A DNA stretch of 56,646 nt, from NCBI GenBank assembly GCA_012026655.1, contig JAAILG010002227.1:1-56646 (forward strand), given 5' to 3'. This DNA comes from Hydrolagus affinis (lineage: Eukaryota). The position numbers and the translations under genes are program-made. Shown here piece after piece: positions 1 to 28,177 of the stretch (its first letter is position 1; each line of letters begins with the position of its first letter). Below the pieces are notes generated by a model. The model had not been told where the DNA came from. It saw only the letters and a list, made by a program, of their open reading frames with translations, and searched no databases.

Positions 1-1189
1 CACCCCCCTACACACACACAGCCCCCCCACCATCACCAGAGCCAACCCAAGCGTTACTGATGTCAGAGGAAGTGAGATCATTGGCCTTCAGGAGAATATT
101 GGGAGAGGGGGGTTGGGCGCGGGGTAGCAAAGTTTAGCTTTTCATGGTGTTTGGGGGAGATCTGGTTACTTATTCGTATGAAAAAAAATCAGCTCTTTCT
201 CCACTTTCCCATTGTAAAGGTTTTCTCCGCCCGCCAAGGATTTTCTGAGATACAAAGATGCACCAAAATGTGTTGTTTTGTGTGTGTGTGTGTGTGTGTT
301 GGTGTGAGGTGTTTAATGTACAAGCATTCTACCCAAATATGCGCTCTCCGAATTAATCCGCGCGCCTTTCAGTTATGCATTTTTTTGGGGTGGCTTGGAA
401 TTTTTATTGTCTGCTGCAAAAAAAAGTGTAGCTACTACCCAGGGAAGTAAAGCATTCCTATTCGCTTGGGAATTCTGAAAGCCACTTGCATCAGGCTCGT
501 CAAGGGCACTTTTGTCTTCCGTCTGCTTTGGGTTCTATGGATTCCTATTACGGTGGTGGTGAAGACGTTTTAACAAGATAGTAGAAATAAATTTGTCGAA
601 TTTGCATCTCGAGTCAAAAGTACTTTCACACCTCAAATGTATTTTGTGATCCTTTTGTACAGTGTCCTATTTATAGATGGGCACTTGATAAGCGATGGCT
701 TTTCTTTTTGAAAAAATTCTCACCACTAGTTTGTTAAGATTCTTGTAAAAGTCAATTATATAAATGTTTTTTGTATGTGGCTTGCTGGTCTCAGAACATT
801 GTTCCCTGGGTTTTGGTTCTGGCATGAATCCATGAGCAAAAGTCAGTAGTTTATGCACACAATTTGCATGATCAAAGAAGTGATACTGAAAAAAAATGCA
901 ATAAAGCCATCCTGCGAACCTTTGTTTAAAAAAAGCAATTAAAATTACGATTGTAGCTTCAGTTTTTTTTAATATGAAGAGTAACTCGATTGATGCACTG
1001 ATAAATCAAGATTCAGACAATGTTCCCAATAAATTTGTTAAACAAATGAAATTTACAGAGAAATGCCATTATGTAAGGCTCATAGCACCTCACACAGGTG
1101 TTTGATATTTTAAGTGTGAATTCATTAAGAGAGGAAATAGTATGATTAGATGAGTTCATCAAAGTTTACGCAACTAGCTTATGATTTTA

Positions 1190-1570
1190 TGATCTTGGTC
1201 CTCACATTCAAAGCCCTCCACACTCTCGCCCCACCCTACACCCTACATATGTGACCTTCTAACCACTTACCAACCTGCCCGCCCAGCATGCTCCACGTCC
1301 CAGCCGCCCAACCATTGGTGGGCGAGCCTTCAGCCACTTTGCCCTGAACCTCTAGAACTCCATCCCGCAGTCCTTCCGTCTCGCCCCCTCCCTGGCCTCC
1401 TTCAAGTCCCACCTCAAAACTGTCTTCTTTGATAGTTTCATCGGCAACTCCTAATCCCTCCCCACCCTGTCCCCAGCTTGGGTCTGACACAGTGACTGTC
1501 CAACACATTGGGTCGTCCTCCTGACGTGAAAGGCATTATGCAAGTGTAATTTTTTTGTTTTCCTGTTGTT
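1190..1570 (+). mobile_element. L2-clade LINE 3' fragment (family A, GTT tail)
   Basis: Decayed ORF2 C-terminus ILVLTFKALHTLAPPY...GGRAFSH...NSIPQS...SFKSHLKT, then a 3' UTR ending gacgtgaaaggcattatgcaagtgtaattt..gttgtt. Confidence 0.8.
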
Positions 1571-1740
1571 TATATAAAATGCAGACTTTTGGGCCTTTCA
1601 TATATATTTATTTGCCTTCCCTGTTTTAGACAAAATATTTTCCAGCAATTTGAAGGGGAAGTCTCAGAAACCAATACTTTTAATTCATTAGTGTATCTAG
1701 CATATACAAAGTTTGTATTTAAATGACTCAAATTCTTCAT

Positions 1741-2118
1741 AATAATAATCCTTGCATTTGATATAGCGCTTTTTACATCTAAGTGTCTCACAGCTCTTCT
1801 TCACAGAATATAGTGTAACGCGGATTGACTGTATATTTGTGGGTGAAATGCAGTAGCCAATTGCGCATAGCAATGTCCCACAAACAGTAATGGATTGAGT
1901 AACCAAATTATTACTTCTTTTAAGGATTAGCATCCGCGGAAAAGCAATTCCCCCAATCGACTAACAACCGGGCCCTACTTACTGCTAGGTAAACAGATGT
2001 GTGTGGAGAAAGTTACTTGCCCAACATTTTGCCCTGTCCAGGAAACAAACCCAGGTCTCTCACTCACGAGGCGAGTCTCTTAACTCAGTGGTCTCTTAAC
2101 CACTGAGCCGCAGGACTC
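1741..2118 (-). mobile_element. tRNA-derived SINE, long variant
   Basis: Reverse strand shows a tRNA-like head, a gggcaagtaactt core, an extra ~75 bp segment, and a tail ...aaaagcgctatatcaaatgcaaggattattatt. Confidence 0.85.
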
Positions 2119-2514
2119 CACTATGATCTGGTGGATAAGGGGAGATCACAATGCAAAATGGGGCGTAGTATCTCTCCAACTCTGTGCTGATTTGGGCCAC
2201 TGAAGCAGGCCTTTGTGTTTGAAGGGAGAGAAAATCACAAAGAAGTTTGCTCTTCATTGTTACCTAGTTGAAAGTGTACATTAAGATTTTTGGTGATACC
2301 AGGATCAAATTTACTTGCAATGCTCTCCACGTTTGAATAGCTGATGCACCTTCTGGGCTACATGTGAAGATTGGTCATTTAGCTATGATAACTGAAGGAC
2401 GGATACTAGATGGTTAGTACCTTCCGGGAATGTGAAGGGGCAGAATTTTTTGGGGGAAAATCTAGTTGTTACTTTGGGGTGTTAATTGCTACTTGTATTT
2501 TTAACTGCTTAAAT

Positions 2515-2901
2515 AGTCCTGTAGCTCAGTGGTTAGAGCACTCGTCTTGCAAGCGAGAGATCTGGGTTCGATTTCAGTCTGGGAGAAAGAAAACTTGGGC
2601 AAGTTCCATTACTCCACACGCCTGATAGTATTCCCTTTTTTTTAAAAAAAGGTCATTTTAATCCATGACTATCTGTGGGACACTGCTGTGCACAATTGGC
2701 TGCCTTGTTTCACCCGAAAAACATAGTCAATTCACTTTACAGTATATTTCAGCGCCTTGGGATGTCCTCCCAACATGAAAGGCGTTCTATAAATGTAATT
2801 TTGTTAGTTGATGTTGTTGTATATTCTGTGAAGCTATTCTACAGTACAGTATATTTTAGAGAACCTGAAAAGCACTATGCATTAAATGTAAGGATTATTA
2901 T
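2515..2901 (+). mobile_element. tRNA-derived SINE with nested L2 tail
   Basis: gtcctgtagctcagtggttagagc (A box) ... ggttcgattt (B box); shared core and tail; interrupted at ~2749-2818. Confidence 0.85.
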
Positions 2902-3214
2902 TCAACATTGCTTGTGTATTGGAAGTTTCAAGAATTGTTTTTTAACTTTTGTTTACTTCACCTACATCTCAGACCTGCATAAAATTCCAACCTAACTACG
3001 ATGAAAGATTTATTTTGGGTGTAAGTGATGTTAATCTGGCGGCTTCAACCACCCATTTCTTGTGTGGGAGTGAGTCCAAGGTACAAAAATCCTTAGAATT
3101 GGCAAATTTACAAAGGTGACTGATGTAGGAATTAAAATATCACATAAGACCAATTTTAAAACATGCTGTTGGGGGTAATGTCACCCTGAGAAAAGAATCA
3201 GTGGCAAACTGTGG

Positions 3215-3477
3215 AACAACAATGACTGATTATATAGAGCCCTCCATGCCGGATGGCGTCTCAGAGCGCTTCACAACAGCGGATCCTAGGACCGAGCCAG
3301 GGGCAGGGGTAGAAAGGTGACCAAAGGCGCAGTCAAAGAGAAAGGTCTTCAGCTGGGACCTGAAACTGAGAAAAGAGGGGGCAAGACGAAGGTAGTGAGG
3401 AAGCGAATTCCAGAGCCTCAGGGCGTAGTGGCTGAAGGCCCGGCCGCCGAGGGTGGAGCGGAGGATTCGGGGGACAT
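3215..3477 (-). mobile_element. L2-clade LINE 3' fragment (family B)
   Basis: Minus strand encodes VPRILRSTLGGRAFSHYALRLWNSLPHYLRLAPSFLSFRSQLKTFLFDCAF, then a 3' UTR with gtgaagcgctctgagacgcc. Confidence 0.8.
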
Positions 3478-3621
3478 TAGTTATACCTGTATATATATTT
3501 TTTAAAAGGCATGCAAAGCTTTATAAGAATCGCTCATCTAAAAAGTACCAACAAGTACCTGAAAACTGTTTGTCAAGTTGTGACCACAAAGTAAACAGTC
3601 CCTATACTTTACGATATATTC

Positions 3622-3711
3622 TAGTCACTACCCTTTACAATGTATATTCTGAAGCGCTTTGAGACGTCTCAGTGACTTGTTGAGTCTCTGCATCCAATAC
3701 AAGGATTATTA
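3622..3711 (+). mobile_element. SINE 3' fragment
   Basis: gtatattctgaagcgctttgagacgtct...caaggattatt. Confidence 0.65.
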
Positions 3712-6700
3712 GAACTACACTTAATTGTGTATGCAGGCACACTGTGGTTCTGCATTTCAAAAAGATGGGATTTGTTTTAATTTTCCCTTCCATAGTTTCT
3801 AAACCCGTTTTGAATGTTGAATTATCATGGTGTTTTCAAAAAGCTATTCTGCGCCAGATTGTGTCTAAGAGAGAGATTAGTTTTCATCTGTGTTGCTGAA
3901 TATAGCAGCGCAGTGTGGGAGAGCATTCCATCTCAAACACCAAAGCAACATAAGTAAGAGCAGCTTGTCCTGATGAGCCTGCCTCCTGTCGACTGATGCT
4001 ATGGAAAGTTCAGCTGTGTCACCTGAAGAATACTCAACTAAGATGGAAGAAAGGCAATGGAGGAGATCAGACTGAAAATATTGTAAACAATCGCTTCTGA
4101 ATCCAGGGGAACATAATCTTTTACAATACTCTGCTCTCCATTTTAGTTATTATTACAATATTAAGTTTGGATGCATTATTATGCCAGGAGACTTTATGCT
4201 GACTTATGTTCTTTTAAAAATATAAGGAAACTCAAGCTGGGCTTGGAATTTGTACTATTATGCAGTTGCAGGGCTATCATTTAAAGCCACATGAGCAAAG
4301 GAAGATTTGTTTCAGTATGCATACATTTGTTTTGCAAACCTCGGGGAGCTGGGAGGCTGTGTTTTATTGCGAAACATTGGGAAACCAGTTTGTTTCCTTG
4401 GCTTAGAAATTTGAAAAGAGTTTGTTCTAGTGGGAAATCGCAGATTTTACCTGCATCTAAATATTAACGTAACGCAGTATGTGAATGGAGGCAGTATTTC
4501 TCGGAACTAAGTGGAGGGCAGTCTGAGACATGTTATACCTCGTACTTGCTGCTTGCTTGTGTTTTCTCACATTCTGAAGCTTCTGACTCATTTTTGAATT
4601 GCATAAACAGGGTGTGTTTTCCAAATTTAAAATTCACGCCTCAATATTATCTCCACTGATAGAAAATGGCATTGGTGCTGGTTTTAAGTGTTGCAACAAT
4701 CCAGGGATTCTGGTCTATTACCTCTGGACTCTATATTGACTGACGACTTCTATCCTGGCTAAGTGTCTTATGTGAACTAAGTTTGGGCAGTGTCAATCCA
4801 GTTTCCTTCTAGTAAGTACACAGAATCACTTGAAATTGGTAATCTCCCTTAAAACAGGTCACTGCACGGCTATTGTCGTCCAAGTCTATTGTGAGTGGGT
4901 GGAAAGAGAGAAATAGTGAGGCGGAAAAGGAATGGTGGTTTGAATGTACTTACTGAAAGCTAAAATGTGTTATTTTTTCTCTCTCTCTATCCTGATCCAC
5001 TGTAGTTGTCACGATAGCAACAGAGAAGTGTTTGGGTAACTGTCCAAGACAGAACACAATGTTTCCTGGTGAAAAGGAATAATGGAATTCCAAAGCATTG
5101 TGCGTGATTGTTAAGATATTTATAGTTTGCCAGTAGCAAAGGATTTTAAAGCCATTTTTAGTCTGTCCTTGAACACAAACTTGTCACCACAGTACCTTAA
5201 GCGCTTCAACAGATGTTTACCAAATGTCAGAATGTCCTCAAAAGTCAGTGGGCTTTCGTTTGAAAATGGAAACATAGCACAATATACTTCTCAACACACA
5301 ACACAAACTAGATTGCTACCAAAGCAAGATTTATTGCTGTTAGCAAGCAAATAACACAACCGAAAGAAACTTATCTCAGACCCTCATTCTGCCTATCTAA
5401 CTGCCATGTAACTTTCATTGCATTGTGCAACTTGTTCAAGAATGCGTGTCAAGCACGTACATTACTGTTTAAATAAATTAAAAATATAGAAACTGGTTAC
5501 AGTACATTGATAACTGCTTATGTATTCATTCATGTGATCTGTAAGCTGATTAATTTTGTTTTTCACCAAACGTGATGTAGTTGTTACAGTATATCTTTTT
5601 TTTCGTTCTTCCTGAAAACATCATGCTGGAAACTCGTGTTTTGGAGACACTTTTTACCTGGAGGGTTTTATTAGGTTTTTAAAATACTGTATGACGTAAT
5701 TTCCTTCTAGTTACACTCAGCTAATGACTGGTTTGTTCCCAAGCCAATGTCATTCGTGATATAACCTTTGAGAGGTGTGAAACAGTAGCAATCTATTAAC
5801 ACTGCAATAAATTTGCACTCGGCAAAAAATAGCACCAATGTTTAATACAAATGAGATCGCTGTTGGATCTGTCTGTCTCAGCGCTGTGATAGGTTTTAAC
5901 GCCATTGTAAAACCCGTTTAATTGTGAAGCTTTGATTTTAGAATTTCAGTCCCATTTGATTGAGTGTTGGATCAATTCTCGTTGTTTGCATTATTTTCTT
6001 TAAAAAAGTTTTTAAAAAGAAATGCTCATTTGTATAAAATTCTCTAGGTGAAAAGCGTGAGCGCTGAAGTGTTTGTTTGGCATGTAACTGTGATGCAATT
6101 AACCACTGATATCTTTTAAAACTCCACAATAGGCTATATAGGCTATTCAACCTGTTCCCAGCTATGGATACTATTTAAAGTATTGTGAAATGGTTGCTAT
6201 TTTTGTTCGCATGTTGGTGAAACAATGGTATGACATTTGTGGAGCTTAGAGAAAAAAAATTCTCTTTTGTATAAAGTAAGATCTAACTACTATTTCAAGG
6301 AATAGTTGAAAAGAGATTTTGCCATTTTGTGTATTACTTATTCACTTTCCACTCCCCCACCATTTCCTGCCCAGCCGTGATATATAGTGTCAGAGTTCCA
6401 TTGTTCTTGGTCTTTTCTTTTCCAAACATTAGCTTCTGTTTCATTTTTAGTGCAGCGGCAAAGATTTCTATAATGTATGTTTTCAGCAGACCCATAAAAG
6501 TTATTGCAGCTGTTGTTGAAGTCATTATTGTGGCCGTTGCACTTCCAAGCAACGCTTTTAATTGCGGGTATGAATTTTAGCACGGCTGTGAACGCTCGGG
6601 GAATGCGTGCAGGAAAAATTATTTTAAAAATATGGATTGATCTATTGGAGATTCTTGTTTCGTAGAATAATTTTGATCTTGAGACGACCTGTTGCTTTGG

Positions 6701-7824
6701 AGATGTGAGCTGAGCGCTGGCCTTTGTGCATCTTGGAATGACTATTGATTTTAATGAAAGCAGATGCTTCTCACCAGCCTGAGGCTAATCAGCAGCAATC
6801 CAATCGTCCTTTCCCCCACACCCTTCCCCGCCCCCCCACCACACCACCCCTCCCCAAAAAAATAACACACACAACTGGTTTGAGTGTGCTGTTGCTGTTG
6901 TGCTCAGGGTTTGAAGGCACTTGATGTGTCGCGTATCAAAACTTGTGAGAACTGCAAACCTTGACACCAGAAGCAAAGGGCACAAATGGAATTCCAGTTT
7001 ATTTTTAAACGTAACTGGCTTGCAGATCCTCATTTCTGATTATTCCCCTCACCCGTAACTTGCCAACAATCTTGATTACTCATCATTCCTGGAAGAAATG
7101 AAGGGAGTTGTGTGGTTGTACAACGCAATGGGGGCACCAGCATCTTTTGCTGCTGTTCGACATTTAAAGGAAAGAGGGAACATTGGAAAGAGTTCCTCTG
7201 TCTCCAGCTAATTTTCTTCCAACTTTTTGCAGAGAGTTGGGATTCACGCCATTTTTTTTTTTACCATTTGTGAAAGGCTCCTGATAATGAAGAGACTCGA
7301 GACTGAGCAATGGGAGAAGAAAAAATGACATGTGCATTTATTTTAAAAGCTCCGGAGGAGAATTAGCCATCTAAGGCTTACGTACCTACTTGCCATTCCA
7401 CTTGCCTTTGTTTAGAGGATGGATTATTGGTTCGCTGGGTAAAAATAAATGGAAGAAAGTGGGCACCTTAGCTTTTGATTTAGGGGCATGTGAAGATGCG
7501 CTTTGTTTCCATTGTGTTTGCGCTTTACCATCTGTGGATATAACAGGCTGGTCAAGTGGAAATGGAACAAAGATCCTTTAGAGAATGGAATCGCAGGTGC
7601 TGATAGTATAAACAAAATAAATTACAGGGTGTTGACAAAAATAGTAGTGCAGAAGGTTTCTAAATGAAATCCTTCACTAAAGCGTCACATGGTAAACCCA
7701 ACGCAGGTTAATGCAACACTTTTTTTTGTTAACAGACTGATGTGTTAAATTACAGTTCGCCAGAGTGACTGCGCAGAATAAATTTAAGTGGGAAACACGG
7801 TTGCACTTTTCCAAATTTTCCTCT

Positions 7825-7915
7825 CAAATTGTTAGCTACACTCCCAATTTTAGTGTGATCTGCAAATTTAGTAATTGTGCCGCTTATTCCAAAATCCAGA
7901 TTAACTCGCATGTAA
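7825..7915 (-). mobile_element. CR1-type LINE reverse transcriptase relic
   Basis: Minus-strand LDFGISGTITKFADHTKIGSVAN, a degenerate CR1 KFADDTKIG catalytic motif. Confidence 0.65.
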
Positions 7916-8096
7916 CATAACAACATCATTATGCTCATCAATACATATGTAATGTAACAACATTTTAACAGAATGACTTGTCTCCATTAGCAGTTGCTGA
8001 TGAGACATCTGACAGCAAAACTGCTTTAATGCACATTTCACATTGGACCTTTCTAACATCGCTAATTTTTTTGGTTCCACTTCTGCATTGCATCTT

Positions 8097-8391
8097 AATA
8101 ATAATCCTTGCGTTTGATATAGCACTTTATCATGTCTTCGCAACATCTCAAAGCACTTCACAGAATATACTGTATAGTAAATGAACTGTATATTTGTGGG
8201 CAAAATACGGCACCCAATTGCACACAGCTGTGTCCCACAAAACCTTTGTGGATTGAAATAACCATTTTTTTTAATGCTTACTATCAGGCGTGTGGAGTAA
8301 GGAAACTTGCCCAAGGTTTCGCCCTGTCAGGAATTGAGCCCAGGTCTCTCGCTTGTAAGGTGACTACTCTAACCACTGAGCTACAGGACTT
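8097..8391 (-). mobile_element. tRNA-derived SINE, full length
   Basis: aataatccttg...tgtcccacaa...aaacttgcccaagg...ctaaccactgagctacaggact. Confidence 0.88.
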
Positions 8392-9481
8392 CACATCTTC
8401 TTTCTGTGTGAAGTTTAGAACTTCCTTAAGATCTAGTCTTTTGATGTCTGCTTCCTCACACTCCAACTGGGATAAATAGAAAACTTACCTAAAATGTCAA
8501 CCTATTAAAAGTCTGCTATGGGTTATCTCTGAAGGACTTTTTTTCTGCCTAGCGCAAGGTTTTTGAGTTTACTTGTATATCATAGACAGTTTACTTCACT
8601 CACTTTCCCTTGGAAGGGAATGTTGAAAATACTTAGGATGACCACAATTCCCTCAAGAAATGCCCACAAAGTCTAAAAGCTCCCAAGTTCTAACCCGTCG
8701 AGTTCCATGGATGGTCTGTGATATTGCTGCTGGGCAAAGAGGACTTTTGGATCAGAGAGGAACTTAATTCAGGTTTTAAGCAATTCAATTGTGGGGGGTA
8801 GTGGGGGTGGGGGGGAAGTAGTCTTCTGGTTTGGAGTGCAATTATTCTCAAACTTCAAACTATCAGCTGTTTTCAGAAGCCAATGTAAATTTGCAACACA
8901 CATATGGAGGGCTTTGCCATCGCTGGTCACCTAGCAACCCTGCTGAAAGCATTAATTGACTGTAACTTCACATCCTGTAAGGTTTGCTTTGACAATCCTG
9001 TTGATTTCCACATTATTTGACGTACCATAAAGTAGCCTGTTATTGAATGTCATGGCAAATGGATTTTAAAATGGCTTGTTTTGAATTCATACTTGCTATC
9101 TTTGCAGCCAGGATTAGAATTGCATGAATGACTTCTGAAAGATCACAGCGATCATTTTAAAACTCAAGTTGTATGGGTTGCTCAATTCTTTTTGTCTATC
9201 AGTTTTCTTTTGTCAATTTAACATGCTTTTTTTTTATGTATAATGGGTGAAAACGTTTAAATTAACCATGAAACTGGAGCATTGGAAAGAACTAATAAGG
9301 CTATGATATATCATTACAATACCACAAGATCATATTTTGTTAATTTTTTTTGTACTTTTTTAATTGTAGAGATCCCAGATTCATTTTACTACTAACGTAA
9401 TAGTAGACCAGCATGAAATATCCTGCAAGTCTTGGTAATAAATAATTTCACAGTACTCTTATTCCACCTTTTTGATGTACC

Positions 9482-9513
<32 letters not shown>

Positions 9514-10068
9514 ATATTTTGGTGATCTGTTCATTGACAAATTGAGGCCTGCTGAGATGGTATTTCTTACGTGCAGAATTAATGGTTATTAAGAAAGCCT
9601 CAGTGAATGGAAAACATTTTTGCTAATTGTTCTTGTTAATAATGAATAGGGAGTGAGAGAGTAAGGGTGGCGAGTGGAGCCAGAGGAATGATTTTCTATC
9701 AGCTTTAATATCAAGCTTGTTGCTGGGATCCCTTTGCAAAATAGCAGTCTTTAATCTGCTTTGAAATGCACTGAAATTGTTTTAAAGTGCAAGTCTAGTG
9801 AAGCTATTATGGATATTTTGTTAGTGAATGGTCTCAACTAAAATTCTTTGGATTTCCCCAAATTTGATGTTTGCTCTTGAATCTCTCATGTCTATTTGCA
9901 GTTGATTGATTTTTTGGTTCCATGTACAGTAATTCATTTGTTCACAAGGGCTCTGTTCTCTCCATCCTATTATATAATTAATTAATTTCTCCTGTTATAT
10001 AATTTCATTATCTTCACTCCCTTTGTAGGCAATGGCTAAATCACTAAAACATTGGTCTCCCTCATAAG

Positions 10069-10358
10069 AATAATAATCCTTGCATTTGATATAGCGTTTT
10101 TCACATCTTCTGGGCGTCTCAAAGAGCTTCACAGAATATACTGGAAAGTGAATTGACTGTTTATATATGGGAGCCAATTGCGCACAGCATTGTTGCCCGA
10201 ACAGTTGTGGATTGGGATGACCAATTTATCATTGTTTTGGAGGGATTATTACTAGATGTTTGGAGTAAAGAAACTTGCCCAAGGTTTCGCCCTGCCTGAA
10301 AATGAACCCAGGTCTCTCGCTTGTAAGATGAGTGCTCTAACCACTGAGCTGCAGGACT
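10069..10358 (-). mobile_element. tRNA-derived SINE, full length
   Basis: Same head, core and tail as the other copies. Confidence 0.88.
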
Positions 10359-10764
10359 CGTGCCCTTAAATGAGAGACTAATAAATCTTTCAATTCTTCA
10401 GGCACTTGTTTCATGTCTTTCCCAACTCCTCCTAATATCGGTAATCTCCATGATATTTCATGAGAAGTTAAATCCAACCAGAACTTGAATACCGTGTTCA
10501 TTCATAGACAAGTCTATCACTTGTCTCACAAGCTGACAAAGCAACAGCTTGGAAAACAGCAAATGTCTGTCCAGCAAGTAAACTGGTGATGAGACATTGG
10601 TACACTCAGCATCCTAGTCCACATGAAAAGGAAGGGAGGAGGGGCAAAGAAATTCAGGGACTAATTCATATTTATTCCGATCTCACGATGTGCGTTTAAA
10701 ATGAAATGTCAATTGTTTACGGTGGAGAAAACTATCCGTCTGCGTTTGATCTTCAAAAGATTGA

Positions 10765-28177
<17,413 letters not shown>

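Noticed and set aside
2515-2590. tRNA gene (Ala/Val-like) at SINE heads, also 8320-8391, 12260-12330, 43066-43135, 52801-52865
   Set aside because: A and B boxes are present, but the anticodon loop varies between copies (ttgcaa, ttacaa, ttataa), the acceptor stem is not intact, and each head continues into the SINE body.
6329-6583. Three overlapping 72-83 aa ORFs
   Set aside because: No recognisable domain or splice support; lengths are within chance expectation.
7901-8479. Recurrent short ORFs with similar peptides (…KRYIKCKDYY, …VNSLYSIF, MGKFPY…)
   Set aside because: They are translations of the same non-coding SINE in different copies, not a protein family.
8790-8816. G-quadruplex-like G runs (also 25161-25180, 33781-33836)
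   Set aside because: Simple G-rich low-complexity tracts are common throughout the window; nothing indicates function.
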